In this document: in pieces, positions 48,362-56,580 of the stretch
Numbering within the stretch: position 1 is the stretch's first letter
Layout of the letters: each line of letters starts with the position of its first letter
Assembly: GCA_949284985.1 (NCBI GenBank)
Contig: CASDWY010000013.1
Coordinates: 12,845-76,844, forward strand
Direction: 5' to 3'
Source of the DNA: an uncultured bacterium
Lineage (GTDB): Bacteria > Cyanobacteriota > Vampirovibrionia > Gastranaerophilales > Gastranaerophilaceae
DNA length: 64,000 nt
Made by a program: the position numbers and the translations under genes
The notes under the pieces: generated by a model
The model's input: only the letters and a program-made list of their open reading frames with translations
Told to the model about the DNA's origin: nothing
The model's database searches: none

Positions 48362-49386
48362 AAAAGATTGTAATCTTTATGTTTACATTAGTTTATTTAT
48401 CTTTTACGCAGTGTGTATGGGCATTTAGCAGCTTGTATTATTTAAAAGATATAAATAAAACAGTGGTGTCAGCTCAAGTTGAGCATGTTTTGAATTCAAA
48501 TGAATTTGTGATAAAAAAATCTTCTCCGATATATGCCGTAAAAGGTAAAAATGAAGAAGAAAAGGCTGTGATAATTTTAGAGCCTAGCGGTAACAATTTA
48601 TTTTATTATTTTGACTCAAATGATGATGCCAAAAAAATAAATTCAAAGATATTAAAACTCTTTAAAACAAATGGGATAAAATATGAACAGTCTTTTGATG
48701 AAAGTCATTTAAAAAATTTTGCAGATAAAGCATCAAGGGCAGTAAGCGGAGAAAAAAAAGTATATAATTTTGAATATTCCTCGAGTAATGTAAAAAGTGC
48801 GATTGTACAAAAAACTGAGTATGCGTCAAAGCTTAAGGGATATGTTGCTCAAATTGATAAAGGTGTGGGTTTTGGAGTTTATTTACAGAACTCAATATAC
48901 ACAGGCAATGCCAAAAAGGGGGATGCAGTTATAGCAGTATTGAAAGAGGATTGGATGTATGGCGGATATAAAATTGCAGCTCAAGGTAGCACTTTGTACG
49001 GTTGTGTAGAAGAGGCTAGAAAAGCATCAAAAGGTTTTAGAAATGGTTCAGTAAGTATAGCTTTTTATAAAATGCAAACTCCCGATGGTAGAGTTTATGA
49101 TTTGAGTACAGAAAAAATAAATTTTGATGTGTCGAATGAAGGAAAGGCAAAAAGTACTATTGTATCAGTAGGGATTGCTGCAGGAGTCGGAGCCGCATTG
49201 GGTGCATTGATTGCTGCAATTTCCGGTGATGGCTATTGGTTAAAAACAGCAGTCGGAGCAGCAGCTCTGGGTGGAGGAGTGTTGGCAAAAAATGCGTTGG
49301 AAGATGGCGTAGATGCGGAAATTCCGGCTTATACCGAGGTTGATGTTGTCCTTAGCAAACCTTTAAGCGTAGTTTTAAATTATTAG
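48358..49386 (+). CDS. Secreted protein with beta-rich domain and glycine-zipper segment (operon gene 2)
   Basis: 342 aa with signal peptide. ...GDAVIAVLKED...AAQGSTLYGCVEEARKASKGFRNGSVSIAF..., then GIAAGVGAALGALIAAISGDG. Confidence 0.6.
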   Translation: MKKIVIFMFTLVYLSFTQCVWAFSSLYYLKDINKTVVSAQVEHVLNSNEFVIKKSSPIYAVKGKNEEEKAVIILEPSGNNLFYYFDSNDDAKKINSKILKLFKTNGIKYEQSFDESHLKNFADKASRAVSGEKKVYNFEYSSSNVKSAIVQKTEYASKLKGYVAQIDKGVGFGVYLQNSIYTGNAKKGDAVIAVLKEDWMYGGYKIAAQGSTLYGCVEEARKASKGFRNGSVSIAFYKMQTPDGRVYDLSTEKINFDVSNEGKAKSTIVSVGIAAGVGAALGALIAAISGDGYWLKTAVGAAALGGGVLAKNALEDGVDAEIPAYTEVDVVLSKPLSVVLNY

Positions 49387-49399
49387 ATGAGGATTAAGA

Positions 49400-50068
49400 A
49401 TGAATAAAAAATTGATAATATCCGGAATATTAATATTAATTTGCTCTTTAGTGTTGAGCTTGTTAATTTTAGGGATTAAAAACATTAAAGTTGATGAGTT
49501 TCATCCTGTTTCAGTAATTTTTGTTGTAGATGCATCGGCGTCAAATCAGAGTCAGCTTGATGAAGAAATTAGTTATCTGAAGTCGCTTTGTTCTGTACTT
49601 GATCCGGAAGATAGTATTAAAATTATGAGGGTTTCTGAGTCTTCTTATTTGATATATGAGGGTTCACCTATGGATAGCGCGAGTATAAATAAAACACTCA
49701 AGGCTTTTACAAAGTATGATAAAGATGAGTATGGAACAGCTTATGGTGAAGCATTGCAAAAGGCCTTTGGACATGCATTAACAATGTACAAGGAAGGATA
49801 TATACCGTCTATTGTTATTATTGGTGATTTAGAGAATGAGGGAGATGCTTCTAAACAAATAAACTGGGATTTGTTGCCTAAAAATGTTGAAAACATTAAA
49901 AAATACGTCCCGGAAATATCTATGATGTTCGTTTATGCTCATCCGGAAAAACTGGATTTGGTTAAAAGCAAGCTTACTCCTGTTCTTGGAGAAAGAAAGC
50001 TTATTGTGGCTAATAAGGAAACTGCTGTTAAGTCACAAAGAAAACTGTTGAATGCAATTGGAAGATAG
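49400..50068 (+). CDS. Membrane-anchored von Willebrand factor A (vWA) domain protein (operon gene 3)
   Basis: 222 aa, N-terminal TM. MIDAS-like VIFVVDASASNQ, later GTAYGEAL and SIVIIGDLENEGD. Confidence 0.65.
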   Translation: MNKKLIISGILILICSLVLSLLILGIKNIKVDEFHPVSVIFVVDASASNQSQLDEEISYLKSLCSVLDPEDSIKIMRVSESSYLIYEGSPMDSASINKTLKAFTKYDKDEYGTAYGEALQKAFGHALTMYKEGYIPSIVIIGDLENEGDASKQINWDLLPKNVENIKKYVPEISMMFVYAHPEKLDLVKSKLTPVLGERKLIVANKETAVKSQRKLLNAIGR

Positions 50069-50077
50069 GAGTAAATT

Positions 50078-51676
50078 ATGATTTTTAGTATAATAACAAA
50101 AAATTCAGAAAGTACTTTTAGTGATAAAGAAATTGTTAATATATCATCAAAAACGGGTTTTGATTGTTGTATTAACTTTGGTTTTGATTATATGTTGACG
50201 GTGCAGTGTGATGAAAAAACAGGAAAGTGCGTGCTTTTAAATCAATTTAACTGTCAGAATTTTTTATTCAAAGGGCAGCCTCTTCCTCAAAAACTCGAAG
50301 TTGAAAAAATGTGTAAAATTATGGTTAAAGATTCTGATGAGTTTTTTATTATTAAAATAAATGATTCTTTGGCGGTTGCTAAAATTAAAGAAGATGAATT
50401 AACCGAAAAGGATTTAAAAGATTTATATGGTAGTGAAGTTAATGCGGCTGTTAGGTTAAAGATAGAAAAAAGAAAAACTGAAATAGAAGAGGCTCGTATT
50501 GCTATCATAAAACAGGTTTCATTTGCTATAAATGATTTTAGACATAAACTTTTAATGAATTCAAAAACAGGGATAGTATTACATATTGCACTATTAATTG
50601 CATCGTTAGTTTTAGCTTTTGGTCTATCAAATTATTTGATGGGTTTACCGCTTAAGGAGGCAGGCAATATAATACAAATGCCGGTTAATATGAAGCTTAT
50701 TTTTGCATATACATTAGTTGTTTATGGAATTGGACTTGTTTTAAAACAAGGAGTGTATCTTTCTATACAATCAAATGCACAGAATACTTTAGCAAGTAAT
50801 ACTATAGGTGAAAAGCTGATGATAATTTTATCAGCGTTGTTTTTTGCAGGTATTTATTTGGTTAACCTTTTGTATTATCTTTCTCCTGGGTCAATGCCAT
50901 TTTTTGCGGTGTTCATGTCTTTATTTTTTACTGTAACGTGTGTTACGCTTGCTGTTGCTTGTGGGTATTGTAAAAGTAGTAATGTGGAAATTGCAAAAGA
51001 ACTTAATAAATGTGAATATAGACCTGATTTTGAACAGGTTATAAAACAATATCAATTATGGATAGAGCGATTTATAAATAACCTTAGTCCGACCAAAATA
51101 CGAAATATTGGTGATAAGTTATTTATGTTACAAATAAAATCAATAGGTGAAACAATTTTAGGAATTTTAACGGCGCCATTTTTGGCTTATGGTGTTTCAA
51201 ATACTTTGGCATCTTGTTTTCCTGAGGCAGCCGGTTGGGTTAGAATTTCAGGTTTAAGATTTAGTCCTGTTTTTCTTGTTTTGGCAACTTTTATGATAAT
51301 TTTTGCGTTTTTTGCTTTTGTAAACGCTTTTTTGTGTAATAAAAAAATTCATGCTTCAAATGTTTTAAAAAACGATGGATTTAGTAATTATTTACAACAT
51401 GGTGTTGAAATATACGGACTTGAAGGTGTTAAAAAAATTGATGTAGAAATGAGGCGTTCTTTTGTAATTGCATTTAGTATAATTTTTATAGAGTTTTCAA
51501 TGAATATATCTTTCTTTATGCAAGAAATGGGTAATGATTTGGGCGGTTTGTTTTTAAGTGCGGTTGCGGCACTTGTTCCTACTGCGCTTTTGATTGCAGA
51601 GACTTATATGCTTAGTCAAACTAAGTTTGAAATATATGCTTCAGAAGAGCTATTGGCAAAAGTTGATAGAGGATAA
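50078..51676 (+). CDS. Polytopic membrane protein with degenerate FHA-like N-terminal domain (operon gene 4)
   Basis: 532 aa. The N-terminal ~95 aa have an FHA-like beta pattern without the canonical G-R/S-x-x-H residues. A charged helix follows, then about 8 hydrophobic segments. Confidence 0.5.
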   Translation: MIFSIITKNSESTFSDKEIVNISSKTGFDCCINFGFDYMLTVQCDEKTGKCVLLNQFNCQNFLFKGQPLPQKLEVEKMCKIMVKDSDEFFIIKINDSLAVAKIKEDELTEKDLKDLYGSEVNAAVRLKIEKRKTEIEEARIAIIKQVSFAINDFRHKLLMNSKTGIVLHIALLIASLVLAFGLSNYLMGLPLKEAGNIIQMPVNMKLIFAYTLVVYGIGLVLKQGVYLSIQSNAQNTLASNTIGEKLMIILSALFFAGIYLVNLLYYLSPGSMPFFAVFMSLFFTVTCVTLAVACGYCKSSNVEIAKELNKCEYRPDFEQVIKQYQLWIERFINNLSPTKIRNIGDKLFMLQIKSIGETILGILTAPFLAYGVSNTLASCFPEAAGWVRISGLRFSPVFLVLATFMIIFAFFAFVNAFLCNKKIHASNVLKNDGFSNYLQHGVEIYGLEGVKKIDVEMRRSFVIAFSIIFIEFSMNISFFMQEMGNDLGGLFLSAVAALVPTALLIAETYMLSQTKFEIYASEELLAKVDRG

Positions 51677-51682
51677 AACACT

Positions 51683-52351
51683 TTGTACAAGGTTTGTTCA
51701 ATAATATCTTTTATAGTTGTATTATTTATTGCATCAATTTTAATAACAATTTTTAAACCTGGGATGCATAAGCAGTTTTTCGTTTATGATTATAATTTTC
51801 AAATTGAGGAAAATGCAGCTGAAAAGGTGAAAGAACGGAAATTAGTACCGAAGGTTGAGTCTGTAAAATCAAAGCAGGAAGTAACAAAAACAGTCGAAAA
51901 GAAAACTGTAGAAAATATTAAGCCAAAGACTGCTGTTGGGCTTAAGCCTGTTAGTAAAAAAAATGTAAATAATAATATCCAAGAAAAGCAAGCACAACAA
52001 AAAGAAGAAATTTTATGGAACAAATGGAGATCTGATATTCAAAATAATATTATGTTGGATGTTAAACTGCCAATTGTTCCATCTGGAACGGTTTTTAGGT
52101 TTTCTTTTGATGTGGATAAATTTGGTAGAGTTACCAATATAAAAACTTGGTCAGAAGATGCCACTTATACTCCATATGCGATACAGTATATAGCTCCGGT
52201 TATTAGGAGTTATCAAGGACGAAGTATTTTAAATTTTCCGGTAGGCTCAAAAAGATTTTTAACTAATGTAGAGGGTGGTTGGAAAGTTTCTGATAAAAGT
52301 AAACTGAGCAGTCCGGATGATTATGATGATGTAGAACAAATTAGGAATTAG
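51683..52351 (+). CDS. Membrane-anchored TonB/TolA C-terminal-like domain protein (operon gene 5)
   Basis: 222 aa, TTG start. TM ending FKPGMHKQF, K/E-rich linker, C-terminal ...PSGTVFRFSFDVDKFGRVTNIKTW.... Confidence 0.5.
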   Translation: MYKVCSIISFIVVLFIASILITIFKPGMHKQFFVYDYNFQIEENAAEKVKERKLVPKVESVKSKQEVTKTVEKKTVENIKPKTAVGLKPVSKKNVNNNIQEKQAQQKEEILWNKWRSDIQNNIMLDVKLPIVPSGTVFRFSFDVDKFGRVTNIKTWSEDATYTPYAIQYIAPVIRSYQGRSILNFPVGSKRFLTNVEGGWKVSDKSKLSSPDDYDDVEQIRN

Positions 52352-52353
52352 TA

Positions 52354-53244
52354 ATGTATAAATGCAAAGATTGTGGACAAGAATACGTAGAAAAACCTCA
52401 ATATTGTGATTGTGGAAATAATGAGTTTGACGTGCTTTTAGAAAGTGCTTCTACTTTAATTAATCAGTCAGATGAAAAGCATTCTATTATAAGTTTGGAT
52501 AAATCAAAAGATATGAATAAGTATGAAATTATATCCTGGCTTATATTTTTAGTTTGCATAGTTTTATCTGTATTATCTTTTATTTTTATAGGCGGATATA
52601 AGCTGCAAGAAAGTGATAAAAATATTTTACAAGATGATAAAAAACATTTGTCATCTAAAAATGTAAATAAGCAAATTCCATCTATAAATGAACTATGGGA
52701 GGTTTCGTCTCCAAAAACATTTTCAACTCAGAACCAGAGTAAAAATGAGAATAGTAAAAATTTACAAAAAGAAGATGATAAAAATTTAAAAAAACAAGTA
52801 AATTATAAAAAACCAATAGAGGATAAGCCTAAAAAAGCAAAAGTGCAATCTAATAATGTTGATTTGTCAAAGAATACGGTTCAGAAGACAACAAATGAAA
52901 AAAAAGTGATAAGTAAGTCAGTAAAATCTAGAGAAACCGCCGAAGATAAACAGGAATTGTATCAGTATAAAATTGCGCTTCGAAATAAATTTGCATCAAA
53001 TATAAATTTTGCAGGAGTGAGTGGTGATGGGTATTGTGTTGTAACTTTTAAAATTTCATCAAAAGGTGAAATTGTAAACAGATCATTTTCAAAATTATCA
53101 AAGAATGACAGTTTAAATGATATGGTTTATGCCGGAGTTATGAAGACACCGTATTTTAATCCTCCTCCAAAAGCATATAAAAATGAGGCACTTAATTTGC
53201 ATGTAAAAATGTACGGTGGAAATTTTGAAGTGGCACTTAACTAG
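52354..53244 (+). CDS. Zinc-ribbon - TM - Lys-rich linker - TonB C-terminal-like domain protein (operon gene 6)
   Basis: 296 aa. MYKCKDCGQEYVEKPQYCDCGNNEF, one TM, C-terminal ...GDGYCVVTFKISSKGEIVNRSFSKLSKNDSLNDMVYAGVMKTPYFNPPP. Confidence 0.55.
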   Translation: MYKCKDCGQEYVEKPQYCDCGNNEFDVLLESASTLINQSDEKHSIISLDKSKDMNKYEIISWLIFLVCIVLSVLSFIFIGGYKLQESDKNILQDDKKHLSSKNVNKQIPSINELWEVSSPKTFSTQNQSKNENSKNLQKEDDKNLKKQVNYKKPIEDKPKKAKVQSNNVDLSKNTVQKTTNEKKVISKSVKSRETAEDKQELYQYKIALRNKFASNINFAGVSGDGYCVVTFKISSKGEIVNRSFSKLSKNDSLNDMVYAGVMKTPYFNPPPKAYKNEALNLHVKMYGGNFEVALN

Positions 53245-53252
53245 TAGGTGGA

Positions 53253-54155
53253 TTAATTTTTAATAAATTCATATTGTTGTTGTTTAATCGCAGGGGTGTT
53301 GATGGGTTTTTCAATAGTGTTGTAGATTGTATTTTTCAGAGATTCAATATTTGCCACAGTATAGAATTCTCCGCCTGTAGAAGTTGTAAGGCATTTTAGT
53401 GCTTTAGACAGAGAAGAAACCATAACTACATCAATAACTATATCTTGTCTTGACTTGATAAGATTTTTTACAAAACCGCAAGGGGAGCCGTTACAGGTTT
53501 CTCCTCCGTCAGTAACAATAATAATTTTTTTAGGAATGGATTGTGGAAAATTTGCGAAATCTGAGTATACAGCTCTGTCTAAAGCAAGGGTTAACGGGGT
53601 TGCATAACCAATAGAGACAGAATTCATTCCTATATATATATTGTTAGCGTTATTGGGTAAGATTTTTGTTATTTGAGATGTTGCAGAACACATTCCGGAA
53701 GTGTTACCTAAGTGAGAAGGTAATTTTAGAGATATTTTATAGTTGTTAGAAGTTTTTTTGTTGATACTGGTTGACATAGCCGAGGTTGCGTTGTATGGGT
53801 TAGCACCATTGTTGTGTCCAAAAACTCTAAGACCAACTTGAACATTGGAAGGCAGTTGTGAAACAACTTTTGTAATAGCATTTTTTGCCTCATTAATCCA
53901 AGGTTGCATGCTTCCCGAGTAATCAATAACAATGTCTATGATTTGGGTTGATGTGTTGTTTATTTGTGGATTGTTGGTGTAAGGTTGAATATAATAATTA
54001 TTTACATAATTGCTTGAATATGAAAGCGGTTTTGTTTGTTGAATATTACCATTAGGCGAAGTTATTTGTCCGCTTGTATTTATTTTGTAGCTAGCTGCAA
54101 ATCCTGTTAGTGTGATAAATGTGAGAACAATTAATGTTACAAAAAATCTTAGCAT
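53253..54155 (-). CDS. Secreted vWA domain protein
   Basis: 300 aa with signal peptide. MIDAS DIVIDYSGSM, ...VGLRVFGH..., IIIVTDGGETCNG. Confidence 0.7.
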   Translation of the reverse strand: MLRFFVTLIVLTFITLTGFAASYKINTSGQITSPNGNIQQTKPLSYSSNYVNNYYIQPYTNNPQINNTSTQIIDIVIDYSGSMQPWINEAKNAITKVVSQLPSNVQVGLRVFGHNNGANPYNATSAMSTSINKKTSNNYKISLKLPSHLGNTSGMCSATSQITKILPNNANNIYIGMNSVSIGYATPLTLALDRAVYSDFANFPQSIPKKIIIVTDGGETCNGSPCGFVKNLIKSRQDIVIDVVMVSSLSKALKCLTTSTGGEFYTVANIESLKNTIYNTIEKPINTPAIKQQQYEFIKN

Positions 54156-54258
54156 AATAATTCCTTAAGTATTATGATAAAGTTTTTTTTACTAATAGTC
54201 AATATATATGTATAGAGGTTGAACTTAGGGTTTATAAGGAAAGGTGTAGTGAAATATA

Positions 54259-54290
54259 ATAAAAAAGAAGTCAATGATGACTTCTTTTTA
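54259..54290. terminator. Bidirectional hairpin terminator downstream of tRNA-Ala
   Basis: A-run, gaagtca-atga-tgacttc, T-run. Confidence 0.65.
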
Positions 54291-54292
54291 AA

Positions 54293-54368
54293 TGGTGGAG
54301 GCTAGGAGATTCGAACTCCTGACCCTCTGCGTGCAAAGCAGATGCTCTACCAACTGAGCTAAGCCCCC
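54293..54368 (-). tRNA. tRNA-Ala (anticodon UGC), CCA encoded
   Basis: Hand-folded cloverleaf: GGGGGCU acceptor with G3:U70, anticodon loop UUUGCAC, T-loop GGAGTTCGAATCTCC. 76 nt. Confidence 0.9.
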
Positions 54369-54384
54369 ATTTGAGCTTATTTTT

Positions 54385-54412
54385 ATCTTATCAAATGAAA
54401 TTATCTTGTCAA
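54385..54412 (-). promoter_or_regulatory. Sigma-70-type promoter upstream of tRNA-Ala
   Basis: Minus sense TTGACA-N16-TAAGAT. Confidence 0.5.
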
Positions 54413-54480
54413 TATTTTATTAATACACGTTTTTAATAACTTCGTTAGATTAATAAAAAGCTATTGGGAGGTATCTTAAA

Positions 54481-54556
54481 TGGTGGGCGGTACTGGACTC
54501 GAACCAGCGACCTCCACAATGTCAATGTGATGCGCTACCAACTGCGCCAACCGCCC
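54481..54556 (-). tRNA. tRNA-Val (anticodon GAC), CCA encoded
   Basis: Hand-folded cloverleaf: GGGCGGU acceptor, anticodon loop UUGACAU, T-loop GGTTCGAGTCC. 76 nt. Confidence 0.88.
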
Positions 54557-54607
54557 TTTTATTCTATACAAAGTGTACCAAAATTAATCTATAATTTCAA
54601 CAATTCT

Positions 54608-55156
54608 TTAAAGTTTAATACTAAACTTACAGCCACAATATTTTTGACGATAAAAATTATACTTACGTGCTATTTCATTAGTTTTCAAAAAACCATTTTG
54701 TTTTTTAAAATCCATTTCCAGATATTCAACATTAAACTTTTCTGATGCATTTTTAGCCGCAAAAGCAATTTGAGAAAATTTTTTATGCGGACTAACAGAT
54801 AGTGTCGTTGTAAAGTACTTAGCCCCATTTTTTTTAGCATATTCTGCTGTTTTTTCCAATCTCAAAGCAAAACACTTTTCGCACCTATGTCCTTTTTCCG
54901 GTTCATCTTCTAATCCTTTAATACATTCATAAAAAACAGACTCGGAGTCCTCTAGTATTTCATATCCAATTTTATTAATTTTACAAAATCTTATAAGTTC
55001 ATCCCTACGTCTATTATATTCTTCTTGTGGGTAAATATTTGGATTATAAAACAAAACGAACACATCATACCCCAGCTCTCTTAAAAAGACATAAGGATGT
55101 CCCAAACAAACAGCACAACAAGCATGCAAGACTACCTTTTTTTTATCTTCTATCAA
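54608..55156 (-). CDS. queH: Epoxyqueuosine reductase QueH (DUF208)
   Basis: 182 aa. LHACCAVC, HRCEKCF, YCGC Cys motifs. Confidence 0.8.
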   Translation of the reverse strand: MIEDKKKVVLHACCAVCLGHPYVFLRELGYDVFVLFYNPNIYPQEEYNRRRDELIRFCKINKIGYEILEDSESVFYECIKGLEDEPEKGHRCEKCFALRLEKTAEYAKKNGAKYFTTTLSVSPHKKFSQIAFAAKNASEKFNVEYLEMDFKKQNGFLKTNEIARKYNFYRQKYCGCKFSIKL

Positions 55157-56340
55157 CGCTTTTGTGCTCCTGACTCAATAAGTAATTTTTCAAGTTCACT
55201 ATATGCTCTAACACCCGGTAGTGTTTTTAAGCCTATTTGAATAACCGGTGTAGCATTAAGATTATTTTTTAAAGCAAAATCAATTTCTTCTTGCAATTGA
55301 TTTTTCACTTTATCCGAATTAGCATCCTGCTTAAGTTTACTAACATCAAACCCTGCTGCCTTAGCATATTCAAGTAACTCTTCATCATTTTTAGGCTTTT
55401 TTTCAAACAAAATATCATTCATTTCCCAATATTTATTTTGGTATCCTGCAGCTATATTATATCTGGCAAGTTTACAAGAACCAGGGTGCATTTGGAAGTT
55501 AATTAATTTGTTACATTCACTATCAAGCGGAAAATTTTTGTGTATAAATCTTACGTTTTTAAGTTCTTTGGCTGCACGATGTACTGTTATATTAAACAAA
55601 GAACATCCAGGACATTGAAAGTCAGTATACAGATAAACAATAACAGATCCGTTTGGATCGCCTAAGATATTTCCTTTAACTTTATAAGGATTGCTTTTCA
55701 TATGTCTTAATTTTTCAAACTCGCTTACTTGCTTCATATGTGGAGCAAGAACAAAACTTGTCGCCGTATATGCAAGTACTCCGCAAAAAGCTACAACCAC
55801 TGCCAAAAATGCTATCAAATACTTTTTGACTTTAATTGCAGAAAGGAAATCTTTAAAACAATCTGCCAATAAATCATCTGGACGCTTTGTTTTCACTGCT
55901 GCAATTATAGCTATAACAAGATTAAGAAAATATGTAAATACGCAAAGAATACATATTTTTTTAATTTCGAATAACGAAATACATGCCAAAGTCATAGAAA
56001 TTAAAAATGCTATCAGTCCAACAGCAAAAATATACGAAACCGGATTTTTAAAGACCTCTAAAAACCCAAGCCACTTTATATTTTTAAGTTTATCCACATA
56101 TGTTAAAAACAAAATAAATGTATATAATATCAATCCCCAAATTGCAAGAGGAACTCCGAGAAAAACAGACTTGGCTGTTTTTGCTACACCATCACAATCA
56201 ATAAAATCATTAATTGTACAAAAACTATTTATAGCATATGGATTATAATTGGACTCATAAAAAATAACCGTAAGCTTAACAGAGGTCAAAAAACCAATAA
56301 TAGCAATAATTGTCAATAATATTCTTTTATACGTTTTCAT
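55153..56340 (-). CDS. Vitamin K epoxide reductase (VKOR) fused to DsbA/thioredoxin-like domain
   Basis: 395 aa. The membrane domain carries loop Cys (CTINDFIDCDG) and CILC. The C-terminal domain has the DFQCPGCS CxxC motif. Confidence 0.8.
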   Translation of the reverse strand: MKTYKRILLTIIAIIGFLTSVKLTVIFYESNYNPYAINSFCTINDFIDCDGVAKTAKSVFLGVPLAIWGLILYTFILFLTYVDKLKNIKWLGFLEVFKNPVSYIFAVGLIAFLISMTLACISLFEIKKICILCVFTYFLNLVIAIIAAVKTKRPDDLLADCFKDFLSAIKVKKYLIAFLAVVVAFCGVLAYTATSFVLAPHMKQVSEFEKLRHMKSNPYKVKGNILGDPNGSVIVYLYTDFQCPGCSLFNITVHRAAKELKNVRFIHKNFPLDSECNKLINFQMHPGSCKLARYNIAAGYQNKYWEMNDILFEKKPKNDEELLEYAKAAGFDVSKLKQDANSDKVKNQLQEEIDFALKNNLNATPVIQIGLKTLPGVRAYSELEKLLIESGAQKR

Positions 56341-56544
56341 AATATCTCCAAATACATGTTGAACCTTATTTATAATAACATTAAACGCTAGTTTTAGATA
56401 GCCTTAAGTTATAATATTCACTTAAAAAGAATTTTTAGCTAATTTAAACAAAAACATCCCAAAATAGCTATCATATTCTACTATGTTCATAATTACTAAT
56501 ATTATTAAATTGGACAAAAGACCGAATTGTAAGGACAAATAAGC

Positions 56545-56574
56545 TTGTTAAAATACGCTATTGTGTTGTATAAT
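56545..56574 (+). promoter_or_regulatory. Promoter placing the transcription start at or next to the nanE ATG
   Basis: TTGTTA-N18-TATAAT. The -10 ends 7 nt before the A of the ATG, and there is no SD sequence. Confidence 0.4.
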
Positions 56575-56580
56575 CAAGCT

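Noticed and set aside
54464-54745. 93-aa plus-strand ORF.
   Set aside because: It overlaps tRNA-Val on the opposite strand and the 3' end of queH, so it is spurious.
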